Sequence record: CM063639.1
Length of the DNA: 32,000 bases
Reading direction: 5' to 3' (one strand)
In this document: positions 18,301-27,224 of the stretch, in pieces
How the letters are laid out: each line of letters begins with the position of its first letter
Numbering within the stretch: the first letter of the stretch is position 1
Program-made: the position numbers and the translations under genes
The notes under the pieces: model-generated
Databases searched by the model: none
What the model saw: only the letters and a program-made list of their open reading frames with translations
What the model was told of the DNA's origin: nothing

Positions 18301-20456
18301 CATATATTCCATTTTTTTTTAGGAATTTTAACATTAAAAATTGGAATTAATTCATTTTTTTCTTTAGATAATTTTTCAGAAAATATTTTCCATTCTTTTT
18401 CGTCTAAATATATGATATATGGATATTCATCATATGAGATAATAGATTTAGGTTGCAGAATTTCTTTATATAAAAGTCGTTTTTCAGTTTCACTATTATT
18501 TTTTTGACGCGACAAAAATGTATTTGATTTCAATGGCATTTCAAAAAGTATAATTTTTCTGCCTTTTCTCAATAAACCTGTTTTCATACTTTTCATTTGG
18601 TTTAATTTTGATTCAAATTTAGAAAAATAATTTGAATTACTTGAATCATACTTATGCTTTTGTATAGCATACGCATTTTTTCCAAAAAAAATTTCTCGTC
18701 GATCACTTATAATACTATCGGAACTAAAAAACTGCCTAACTGACTGTTTTAATTGAGTAAAATTAGTAGTATTTAATTCATTAGTAATTTTATTTTGACT
18801 AATTGAAGGTCCTTGATAAATATTTTTTCCTTGACTATAAGGAACAACATAATGAGTTTTTTTAGATTGCAGATAAAAATTAAAAATTTGTGAACTTAAG
18901 TTTGAATTTAAAGAATAAGAAAAATTTTTTGGAATAGTAATTTGTAATACAGGATTCCATAATTTTTTTAACGAATCTGAAAAAATAGTGTGTAATAATC
19001 GAGTATTCTTTTTATATAAAAATTTTACTACTAATGATAAATTTTGTTCGTTAGAAGAATCAGGTAATATATAGCCTGACATACTCGTTGGTTCCATGAC
19101 ATAATTCTCATGAAAAATTCCAATTTGTTCAATTAGTTCAAGCAAATACACTAATTCAGCAGAAGAGAAAATACATGTTTTTTCGTCAATTGCCTGCAAT
19201 AATAAATTTATTTCAAATTTAATGTTTTTTTGTTTCAATAAATTACTTGAAAAATCTAACTCATGAAAATTAGAAAACGGGAACAAAGTTTTATTAAAAA
19301 GGTTTTCTTTTAATTTATTTTCTAAGAATTTTTTTTTATTCAAAATTATTTCTAAAAAATTTGAATCAAGGTGCAAACTTGGTGTATTAGTAAAATTATT
19401 AAAACCTAAATTCTTTTTATTTTTATATATTTCATTTTGTAGAATACGATTTTGTATTCCATTTAAAATAGTAACTGAAGCAGAAAATTTTGATTTTTTT
19501 CTTGGATTTAGTAAACAGTTTGTAATTTTTTTATTTAAAATTTTTTGAGAAATAAATAGTGTTTTTTTAGATCCATGTTTTATTTTGTTTGTGCTTATAA
19601 TGTTTGTTGGCAATATACTTAACTTATCAGCAGAAAAAAGCAATATATGATTTGTACCAGATTTTTCGAAATCTATTTTTTGTTTTTTTTCAATAAAATT
19701 TACTTTAGTTAAACATAAAGCATTTTCTAAAACATCAGTCGCGAGTGTTTGATTAAAAACCGAACTGGAATTTAGCTTCAGTGGTAATTCATCTAAATTT
19801 AAAATATAACTATTTTTTTTAGCTACAGCAGTTAATTTAGGGTTAAAACGAAATGTCAAAGTATTGCTTGTATTATAAGTGGGATATAAATTCCAATTTT
19901 TTTTTTTAGTCTTATCTGTAAAACTAGATTTTTTTTGAGTTTTAGAAAATATTGTATACCAATTATTTCCAATTTGTTTTTTATTAGAAATTTCAAATAA
20001 ATCTAAACGATTAAAAGCTGCCATATTTACTTGTTTTTGTTTTGTATACCAATTTGAATTTGTTTGAATAAACAAAGAGTCAGTATAAAAGTCTACACGT
20101 TTAATATATGATTTATTCAGATTCGGAGCTCCGAATTGATTAGAATCAAGTTGTAATTGATCTAAAAAAATTTGTTCCAACGTAGGCCACGAAATTTGAA
20201 ATGATAATGGAGATATTCCAGGTAAACTATTTTTTAACACATTTGAAAAAATATCATTTTGGTGTTTAAAATACAATGTTTTTGAAATACCAAATACAAT
20301 AGGAAAACATCCTAATACTACTTTAATATTGATAAGTGATTTTGAATTAGAAATGAAAAAATTTCGAATCTGTAATTTCAAATTTATAAGATAGGTTTTC
20401 ATAACCATATTATTGCTAAAATATAATAAATTTAAATGGTTGTTGTTTTTTTGCAT
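15390..20456 (-). CDS. ftsH: Plastid FtsH-like AAA+ protein, greatly expanded, with a degenerate protease zinc site
   Basis: The 1688-aa ORF has Walker A GLPGTGKT (17526-17549) and Walker B [9 protein letters not shown] (17355-17381). The second region of homology is [23 protein letters not shown]. The M41-like C-terminal domain has YYQAGK where FtsH has YHEAGH. The choice among early ATG codons is uncertain. Confidence 0.9.
   Translation of the reverse strand: [1688 protein letters not shown]
18106..18159. repeat. In-frame tandem duplication (2 x 27 nt) inside ftsH
   Basis: Units 18106-18132 and 18133-18159 differ by 1 nt. They encode ...[14 protein letters not shown]... on the minus strand. 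Confidence 0.9.
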
Positions 20457-20581
20457 AATGAAAAAAAATGATTAAAATTGTGTAAATTTGGTATTTAGCT
20501 TTTGCTAGTAAATAAAAATTTAAATTTTATAAAAAAACAATCATTCAATTAAAAATAAATTTGTACAAGCAAAAGCAAATT

Positions 20582-20607
20582 GGCAGGGGCTCGTCCCTGC
20601 CAAGGGG
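20582..20607. repeat. GC-rich hairpin element (SDR-G) 'ggcaggg gctcgt ccctgcc aagggg'
   Basis: The 7-bp GC stem is 20582-20588 / 20595-20601 with loop gctcgt. A second copy at 30032-30056 has the loop inverted. A fragment 'ggctcgtccctgc' lies at 9254-9266 in tilS. Confidence 0.85.
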
Positions 20608-21380
20608 TGATTAACAATTAAAAAATTAATTAATAATTTTATATAAAATTATTAATTAATTTTTTAATTTATATGATTTATTAAATACAATCTAATTGAA
20701 ATATTACTAAATAATTATTTATTTTACCAATTTATAATTTATTTAAGTATTCAATTTAAAATAACTAAATTAGTGAAAAACCTCCGACAAATGCAAATTT
20801 GTCGGGTGTTTTCTATCATATGTTTATTAATTTATATTATTCAAATTACTTGTAGATCTAGTATTATAAACACCACTTATTTACTAGAAATATATTTAAA
20901 AAATATTTTTTCAACACGTTTGCCTTTGTTCCACAAAACTTTGTTTTGTCTTACTTAAGGCTTGTCCAGAAAAAAACAAAGTTTTTTATAGACTAGTATT
21001 TAAATAAATTTTTTATAAAAGATATTTATAGAACGTATACTTTACGCCAAATAAAATAGAGGTATTTTAATACTGCAAATTTGGATTTATTTACATTGCG
21101 TATGCTCTTATTTTAAGTTCACTACTTCTGGCTACTTCAATTTACTTTTAATGCTGCCCCTATTTCAGTTCTGACATGATTCAAGAATTGATGATACAGA
21201 GTAGTGAACCAAAATATATTATATATAATATCAAACAAAAAATCAAGAATTTTAATAAAAAAAATAAAGTTTGAAAAAATAAAAGTTTGAAAAAATAAAT
21301 TTTTTATTGATATACTATAATACAATAATATTCTATTATTTATAGAAAGAAAGTAAACCATTTTTATAAAAAAATATTTT

Positions 21381-21980
21381 ATGGGACTACCTTGGTATCG
21401 TGTCCATACAGTTGTGTTAAATGACCCAGGTCGATTAATTGCTGTACATTTAATGCATACATCTCTTGTAGCAGGTTGGGCTGGCTCAATGGCTTTTTAT
21501 GAGCTTGCAGTATTCGATCCATCGGATCCAGTTTTAAATCCGATGTGGCGTCAAGGAATGTTTGTTTTACCATTTATAACTCGATTAGGCGTTACTCAAT
21601 CATGGGGTGGCTGGACAATTAGTGGAGAAACATCAAGTAATCCAGGTATTTGGAGTTATGAAGGAGTAGCAACTTCACACATTTTATTATCTGGCCTATT
21701 ATTTGGAGCAGCTATTTGGCATTGGGTAAATTGGGATTTACAACTTTTTCGTGATCCAAGAAAAGGAGATCCTGCATTAGATCTTCCTAAGATTTTTGGT
21801 ATTCATCTTTTCCTTTCTGGAATTTTATGTTTCGGTTTTGGGGCTTTTCACGTAACTGGCTTATTTGGCCCAGGAATTTGGGTATCTGATCCATATGGTA
21901 TTACAGGAAGTGTTCAACCAGTAGCTCCATCATGGGGAGCTGATGGGTTTGATCCGTATAATCCTGGTGGTATTGCGGCT
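21381..21980 (+). CDS. psbB: Photosystem II CP47, exon 1 (200 codons)
   Basis: The sequence runs [50 protein letters not shown]... to ...[11 protein letters not shown]. The frame then hits TAA, although PsbB normally continues HHIAAG. The exon ends in T, as expected 5' of a group I intron. Confidence 0.9.
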
Positions 21981-22240
21981 TAATTAAATGGGTCGAATGT
22001 CTCGTAAGATGACATTAAGAACTTCGCTATATGCTGGGACGTTTCGTTATTCCTTTAGTCCAATTTTGAAAAATGAATTGGTAAAATCTATGTTTTGGCT
22101 TTTATTTATAAAAGCAATAGATACCGAAGTATCTAAAAAAAACCTTAACATGTACTTTAGTTTTTACAAAAGATACAGGTTTTGAAGGTAGAAACAATCA
22201 GCAGGAAACTATTTTAAACAAAACTATTATGTTAAAAAAA

Positions 22241-22260
22241 TTGTACAAGTACAAACTTGT
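22241..22260. repeat. SDR-F copy inside the psbB intron
   Basis: Identical 20-mer to 4035-4054. Confidence 0.8.
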
Positions 22261-22287
22261 ATTTAAGGAAATAAGCTTTGCTTTTTT

Positions 22288-22330
22288 CCCTTTGCTAATA
22301 TTTCAACAAAATTGAAATATGAATAAAGGG
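22288..22330. repeat. SDR-E copy inside the psbB intron
   Basis: 'ccctttgctaatatttcaacaaaattgaaatatgaataaaggg', followed by SDR-H at 22345-22367. Confidence 0.8.
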
Positions 22331-22419
22331 TTCTTAAAACCTTTGAAAACAAGCAAAGCTTGTTTTCTTAGAACATAAAATATGTTTTTCTATATTTTTC
22401 ATTTTTTTCTTTTATATAT

Positions 22420-23328
22420 ATGAAAATAGGATCCTCAGAGACTACACGCGAAGCACCTAATACGCTACATACGACAAAAACAGTAGTTGTAAAGGAATTT
22501 ACATTTACTTCATATATTTTACCTGAACATAAAAAAAATATTGACTTCTCGTTTTTAGAGTGGTTTATTGGTTTTTCAGAAGGTAATGCATGTTTTTACT
22601 CTCGTATCGAAAATAATCGAGTACGGTTATTTTTTGAAATTACGCAAAAAGATCCAGCTTTAATGTATAAAGTTCGTACAACTTTAGGTTTTGGTCAGGT
22701 TACATCTTTTAGACGAAATAATGAAACATATTGGAAATTTAGTGTTGAAGATAAACGAGGTGTTCAAAGAATTATGCTTTTATTCAATGGTAATTTGGTT
22801 TTACCAAAACGATATGAAGAATTTGTACAGTGGGTAAATTTTGGAAAAAATCTTTATCCAGCAAATTTTATTTTAAAAGTGCAACGTGTAGAAGTTTCAT
22901 TACGAACTGGCTGGTTAGCTGGTTTTATTGAATCTGAAGGATGTTTTTATGCAAATTTAAAATTTAAAGATACACTTTGTTTAAAAGATTGGGATTTTGA
23001 TCAAAAACTTACTATTACTCAACAAGATACACATGGAGAGTCCCGTATATTACAACACATTATAATTTTATGTGACAGTGTTGATGTAAAATTACACCTT
23101 GCCAAAAAACCAAATTGTTATCGAATTGAGTTATGTTCTTTAAAAGCTCATACTATTGTTGTATCTTATCTTATGCAGTTTCCGCTTTTAGGAAAGAAAA
23201 AAATTGCATTTCTTCGTTGGTGGCGTATTTATTTACGTCGACAAGAACCAAAAGAAAAACAAATTTCAACAAAAACAATACAGAAGTTAAAAAAATTATG
23301 TTCAAAAATTAATGCATTTCAGAAGTAA
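22420..23328 (+). CDS. Intron-encoded double-motif LAGLIDADG homing endonuclease or maturase
   Basis: The 302-aa ORF has two LAGLIDADG-type motifs: LEWFIGFSEGNACFY (residues ~46-60) and GWLAGFIESEGCFY (~22910-22950). Its 5' end overlaps the intron R element, so the true start is uncertain. Confidence 0.88.
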   Translation: MKIGSSETTREAPNTLHTTKTVVVKEFTFTSYILPEHKKNIDFSFLEWFIGFSEGNACFYSRIENNRVRLFFEITQKDPALMYKVRTTLGFGQVTSFRRNNETYWKFSVEDKRGVQRIMLLFNGNLVLPKRYEEFVQWVNFGKNLYPANFILKVQRVEVSLRTGWLAGFIESEGCFYANLKFKDTLCLKDWDFDQKLTITQQDTHGESRILQHIIILCDSVDVKLHLAKKPNCYRIELCSLKAHTIVVSYLMQFPLLGKKKIAFLRWWRIYLRRQEPKEKQISTKTIQKLKKLCSKINAFQK

Positions 23329-23362
23329 AAGATTTATTCCAGTTTTTTCTAAACCTTTTTTT

Positions 23363-23436
23363 GCTAATAAAAACTTCCAAACATACAACTTTGTTGTATG
23401 TCAGGTTTTCTTCGAAAACGTTTTTATAACAAAGCA
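23363..23436. repeat. SDR-C copy inside the psbB intron (core inverted relative to 28888-28965)
   Basis: The structure is 'gctaataaaaa' + 47-nt core (23374-23420) + 'tttttataacaaagc'. The core is the exact reverse complement of 28899-28945 while the flanks are identical. Confidence 0.9.
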
Positions 23437-23588
23437 AACATATAAGTTTATACTTGTACAAATTTATTTCTTTTCTTATTGAATGTAGTAATTTTCTAAA
23501 TATATATATGTAGCTAAGGTTGAAGATATAGTCCAAATAAAAAGGCATTAAACATATTTATTGTATAAATATGGAAACTTTTTATTAG

Positions 23589-24515
23589 CATCACATTGCA
23601 GCTGGCATTTTAGGTGTTCTAGCAGGTCTTTTTCATCTTTGCGTAAGACCGCCACAACGACTTTATAATGGGCTTCGAATGGGAAATATCGAAACTGTTC
23701 TTTCAAGTAGTATTGCAGCTGTTTTTTGGGCAGCTTTTGTAGTTGCTGGAACAATGTGGTATGGTTCTGCAGCAACTCCAATTGAATTATATGGTCCGAC
23801 TCGTTATCAATGGGATTTAGGTTTTTTCCAACAAGAAATTGAAAAACGTGTTCAATCTAGTTTATCGCAAGGAAAATCTTTAACTCAAGCTTGGGCTGAA
23901 ATTCCTGAAAAATTAGCATTTTACGATTATATTGGAAATAATCCAGGAAAAGGTGGTTTATTCCGTGCAGGTGCAATGAACAGTGGTGATGGAATTGCCG
24001 TGGGTTGGTTAGGTCATGCTGTTTTTAAAGATAAAGATAATAACGAATTATATGTTCGTCGTATGCCAACATTTTTTGAAACTTTTCCAGTTTTATTAAT
24101 TGATAAAAATGGTGTTGTAAGAGCAGATGTGCCTTTCAGACGTGCAGAATCGAAATATAGTATTGAACAAGTTGGCGTTTCAGTTACTTTTTATGGTGGT
24201 GAATTAGATTCAGTTAAATTCACAGACCCAGCAACTGTTAAAAAATATGCCCGTCGTGCGCAACTTGGAGAAATTTTTGAATTTGATCGTGCAACTTTAC
24301 AATCAGATGGAGTATTCAGAACAAGCCCACGTGGATGGTTTACTTTTGGGCATTTATGTTTTGCTTTATTATTTTTCTTTGGCCATATTTGGCATGGAGC
24401 TCGAACTATTTTCAGAGATGTTTTTGCTGGAATTGATTTAGATTTAGATGAACAAGTTGAATTTGGAGCTTTTCAAAAACTTGGTGATGCCTCAACTCGT
24501 CGTCAATCAGTTTAA
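23589..24515 (+). CDS. psbB: Photosystem II CP47, exon 2 (308 codons plus stop)
   Basis: It begins [61 protein letters not shown] and is in frame with ORF 23679-24515. Homology starts immediately after the intron-terminal G. Confidence 0.9.
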   Translation, partial: HHIAAGILGVLAGLFHLCVRPPQRLYNGLRMGNIETVLSSSIAAVFWAAFVVAGTMWYGSAATPIELYGPTRYQWDLGFFQQEIEKRVQSSLSQGKSLTQAWAEIPEKLAFYDYIGNNPGKGGLFRAGAMNSGDGIAVGWLGHAVFKDKDNNELYVRRMPTFFETFPVLLIDKNGVVRADVPFRRAESKYSIEQVGVSVTFYGGELDSVKFTDPATVKKYARRAQLGEIFEFDRATLQSDGVFRTSPRGWFTFGHLCFALLFFFGHIWHGARTIFRDVFAGIDLDLDEQVEFGAFQKLGDASTRRQSV

Positions 24516-24589
24516 TTTCATACATTTTAATCAATAATTAATCAATAAGATTATTGTATTAATATCACCTAAACAAAAAAAAAAGGCTT

Positions 24590-24624
24590 GTCAATAAAAA
24601 AACAAAATTTTCTTATAGGCTAGC
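24590..24624. repeat. SDR-A copy downstream of psbB
   Basis: 'gtcaataaaaaaacaaaattttcttataggctagc'. Confidence 0.75.
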
Positions 24625-25343
24625 CTTTACTAGCAAAGCTAGCCTTAGGCTTGCTTTGCTAGTACAACTATAAATTTAAATTTTTTCACGAATTTTATCG
24701 TTTTTTAAGTTTAATTAGTTCAATATAAATATTGGCAACATTATAATATCCGGCCTTTGTAATATTTTTCACACATTTGTGTGAAAAATACAACAAAGCT
24801 AACTGCAGGCTTGCTTTGCTAGTAAGTATTGAATTAATTAATCTGAATTGAAATTTATGGTTTTTATTTTCAAAATGTCAAATTTTTGAAATTTTAATTT
24901 ATTGATTTTATTTAATTTGGAATAAATCAAATTAAATAAAACACGGTAAAAAATACCGAAACCCTTAATTTGTTAAAAAAAAATTTAAATTCACAAAATT
25001 TTTTTACAGTAAGTTTCGGTAAACAAAAAAAATGTAAAATTTTATTTTATAAGTAATTTATAAAATAGTATTTGAAAAAGTTTAAGCTATAAAATTTTGA
25101 AATTATATTAAAAAATAAATTTTTGTTTACATGCTTTTTTTTACTTGCCTGTAAATAAAGCGAAGCTTTAGTTACTGACAAGGATTCGTCGAACTTGTGA
25201 AACCAAGCTTTGCTTGTTTTCTTAAACACAACTTTGTAGTTGTACAAATTTAAAAAGCAAAAATTTTTTTTTATAGCACAAAACCATAAAATAAAACTTT
25301 GCATTTTGTTAATATTGTTGCCAACTAAAACAAACAACTTTTT

Positions 25344-25439
25344 ATGGAAGCTTTAGTTTATACTTTTTTATTAATAGGAACACTAGGAATTATCTTTTTT
25401 GCAATTTTTTTCCGCGAGCCACCTCGTATTGTTAAATAA
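25344..25439 (+). CDS. psbT: Photosystem II protein T
   Basis: Hand translation gives [31 protein letters not shown], 31 aa, a canonical PsbT. Confidence 0.95.
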   Translation: MEALVYTFLLIGTLGIIFFAIFFREPPRIVK

Positions 25440-25904
25440 ATATATAATTTGTTATATAAATTAACACAGTATTAAAATCAATTGTCACTCATCAACAAGC
25501 TTGTACTTCTACTAATCTATAAAAAATAAAATTTTTTTATTGACAAGCTTGAAGTAAGACAAAACTTCATTTTGTCCAATAAAAGTAAATTGATTATCAA
25601 TTCATTCATAAAATTATTATATTATCATTTATAATAGAAAATAGTTTATTTTATAAAAAAAATAAATAATCTATTTTAAAATTGTATTCTTATAGTGTTT
25701 TATTTAAACCTTATTAAGTATAGAATAAATAAACCTTAATTTATACGATTTTTTATAAAAAAATCGTATAAATTAAGTAAATAAAAAAAAGTTTTATTAC
25801 TTTTATACAAAAAATATATTTGAAAACAAGCAAAACTTGTTTTCTTAGAAAATAAAGTTTTTTTATTCAATAATTTGATTTTATCAAACTTCAACTAGAT
25901 TCAA

Positions 25905-26039
25905 CTAATCTTCGTGTTCTTCAAACGGATCACGTAGTTGTTTTGATGGTGGGCCAAAACCTACATAAATCGAATAGCCAGTAATACTTAAAACAAGGCA
26001 CCCTAAAAAAATGGTATAAAAAAAAGCAGCGCTTTCCAT
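25905..26039 (-). CDS. psbN: PsbN
   Basis: Hand translation of the minus strand gives [44 protein letters not shown], 44 aa, a canonical PsbN. It sits on the opposite strand between psbT and psbH, the conserved arrangement. Confidence 0.93.
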   Translation of the reverse strand: MESAAFFYTIFLGCLVLSITGYSIYVGFGPPSKQLRDPFEEHED

Positions 26040-26476
26040 AATTTAATACTAATTATTTCAATTAACAATAATAGTAAATAAGCAACTAATCAATTAGATG
26101 CTTGTTATTTACTTCACAGTATAGACTCAAGATAGATATTTAAAATTTGTACGAATACAAATTTGTTAAGCGTGGGTATAATTTTTCTATTTTGTAAAAT
26201 TTTATTTATAGAATTTTACAACAAAAATAACTACTTATAAAATAATTAGTAAGCAGTTTAAATAAATTAATATATTTTTGTTTTTTTATAAAACAAATTG
26301 TTTTTATATTTTTTAATAAAAACTCTTTTCAATTAAGAAGAATTAAAAAAATATTTTAGCAGATATATAAATTAGTTAATTTATTAGCTTTTTTCGATTA
26401 TAATTATAAATGCAATATAATAAATATTACAGAAAGTAAAAATTTAAAATTTTTTTATTTTATAAAAGGAAAATTT

Positions 26477-26725
26477 ATGGCAACAGCAACTACTTCAAAA
26501 AATAAAGAAAACCCTTTAAAAACTGGCAAAGTAACTACTTTAGGAACTTTATTACGACCATTAAATTCAGAATACGGTAAAGTTGCCCCAGGCTGGGGAA
26601 CTACAGTCCTTATGGGCGTATTTATGGCTTTGTTTGCGGTATTTTTAGTAATTATTTTAGAAATTTATAATAGCTCAGTTCTTTTAGATGATGTTTCTGT
26701 AAGCTGGGAATCTTTAGCAAAATAA
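26477..26725 (+). CDS. psbH: Photosystem II phosphoprotein H
   Basis: The 82-aa ORF contains ...[51 protein letters not shown], a canonical PsbH. An AAGGA motif lies 9 nt upstream of the ATG. Confidence 0.96.
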   Translation: MATATTSKNKENPLKTGKVTTLGTLLRPLNSEYGKVAPGWGTTVLMGVFMALFAVFLVIILEIYNSSVLLDDVSVSWESLAK

Positions 26726-26750
26726 AATAAATATAATTATTTTAGAGCTG

Positions 26751-26804
26751 TCAAGTAGTGCAAGCTTGCATTATCAAAATAAAACGCAAGCTGGCATTGC
26801 TTGA
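26751..26804 (+). terminator. 19-bp imperfect stem-loop 26 nt downstream of psbH, a candidate 3' hairpin
   Basis: The arms are 'tcaagtagtgcaagcttgc' (26751-26769) and 'gcaagctggcattgcttga' (26786-26804). There are 2 G.U pairs and 1 mismatch. It does not belong to the SDR families. Confidence 0.35.
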
Positions 26805-27224
26805 TAATAATATAAGGTTTTTAAAAAGATATCTGACATTATTAAGTGTATAATCAATCTTTAATTAGTTTGTACAAATACAAATTTATCCTTTTTGTTT
26901 ACAAAACTTCGTTTTGTCTTACTATGCTTTGCTAATAAAAATTTTTTTTTTATAACCTGCCTTTACTAACAAAATTTTTTTGTTAATATTTCAACTTTGT
27001 TGAAATATAAGCAAAGCGAAACAACAAGTTTGTACAAATACAAACTTGTTTTCCCTACTTATGTACCTGATTATAAAAAAATTCTTAGTTCAACTAAACG
27101 ATTAATTTGAGTTTCTTTATATTGAATCACATTTTAATTATTTACGATTTACTTTTTACTAATTTAACTAAATAATTTGCAAAATAAAAAAGAATTGATA
27201 TAATAAAATAAAAATTTGAAAATT

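Larger units (their letters stand above)
21981..23588 (+). mobile_element. Group I intron in psbB (1608 nt) carrying a homing-endonuclease ORF
   Basis: Core-like elements are P 'atgctgggac' 22031-22040, Q 'aatcagcagg' 22196-22205, R 'tcagagactaca' 22435-22446 and S 'aagatatagtcc' 23523-23534. The terminal G is at 23588. A candidate P1 pairs exon cggcT (21976-21980) with Ggtcg (21991-21995), giving a U.G pair. The joined exons encode 508 aa. Confidence 0.85.

Noticed and set aside
21316-21321. TATAAT hexamers as promoter -10 boxes: 21316-21321 upstream of psbB, and 26177-26182 between psbN and psbH
   Set aside because: In sequence this AT-rich such hexamers occur by chance. I could not find a properly spaced TTGACA-like -35 element. 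The evidence is too weak to annotate.
21137-21361. 74-aa minus-strand ORF upstream of psbB
   Set aside because: The N-terminal two-thirds is AT-rich low-complexity sequence (runs of I, F and N). I recognise no family. Only the distal part overlaps the compositionally distinct block, which is reported separately.
21379-21573. Minus-strand ORF 21379-21573. ORFs 23548-23781 (-) and 24247-24441 (+) fall in the same class.
   Set aside because: They overlap psbB exons on the opposite strand or in another frame, and psbB explains the sequence.
21988-22185. 65-aa ORF at the 5' end of the psbB intron
   Set aside because: It covers the P1-P5 core region of the group I intron and has no LAGLIDADG or other motif. 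It is most likely a chance ORF in structured RNA.
23309-23548. 79-aa minus-strand ORF in the 3' part of the intron
   Set aside because: It runs antisense through the SDR-C copy and the intron S element. It is a repeat-derived peptide.
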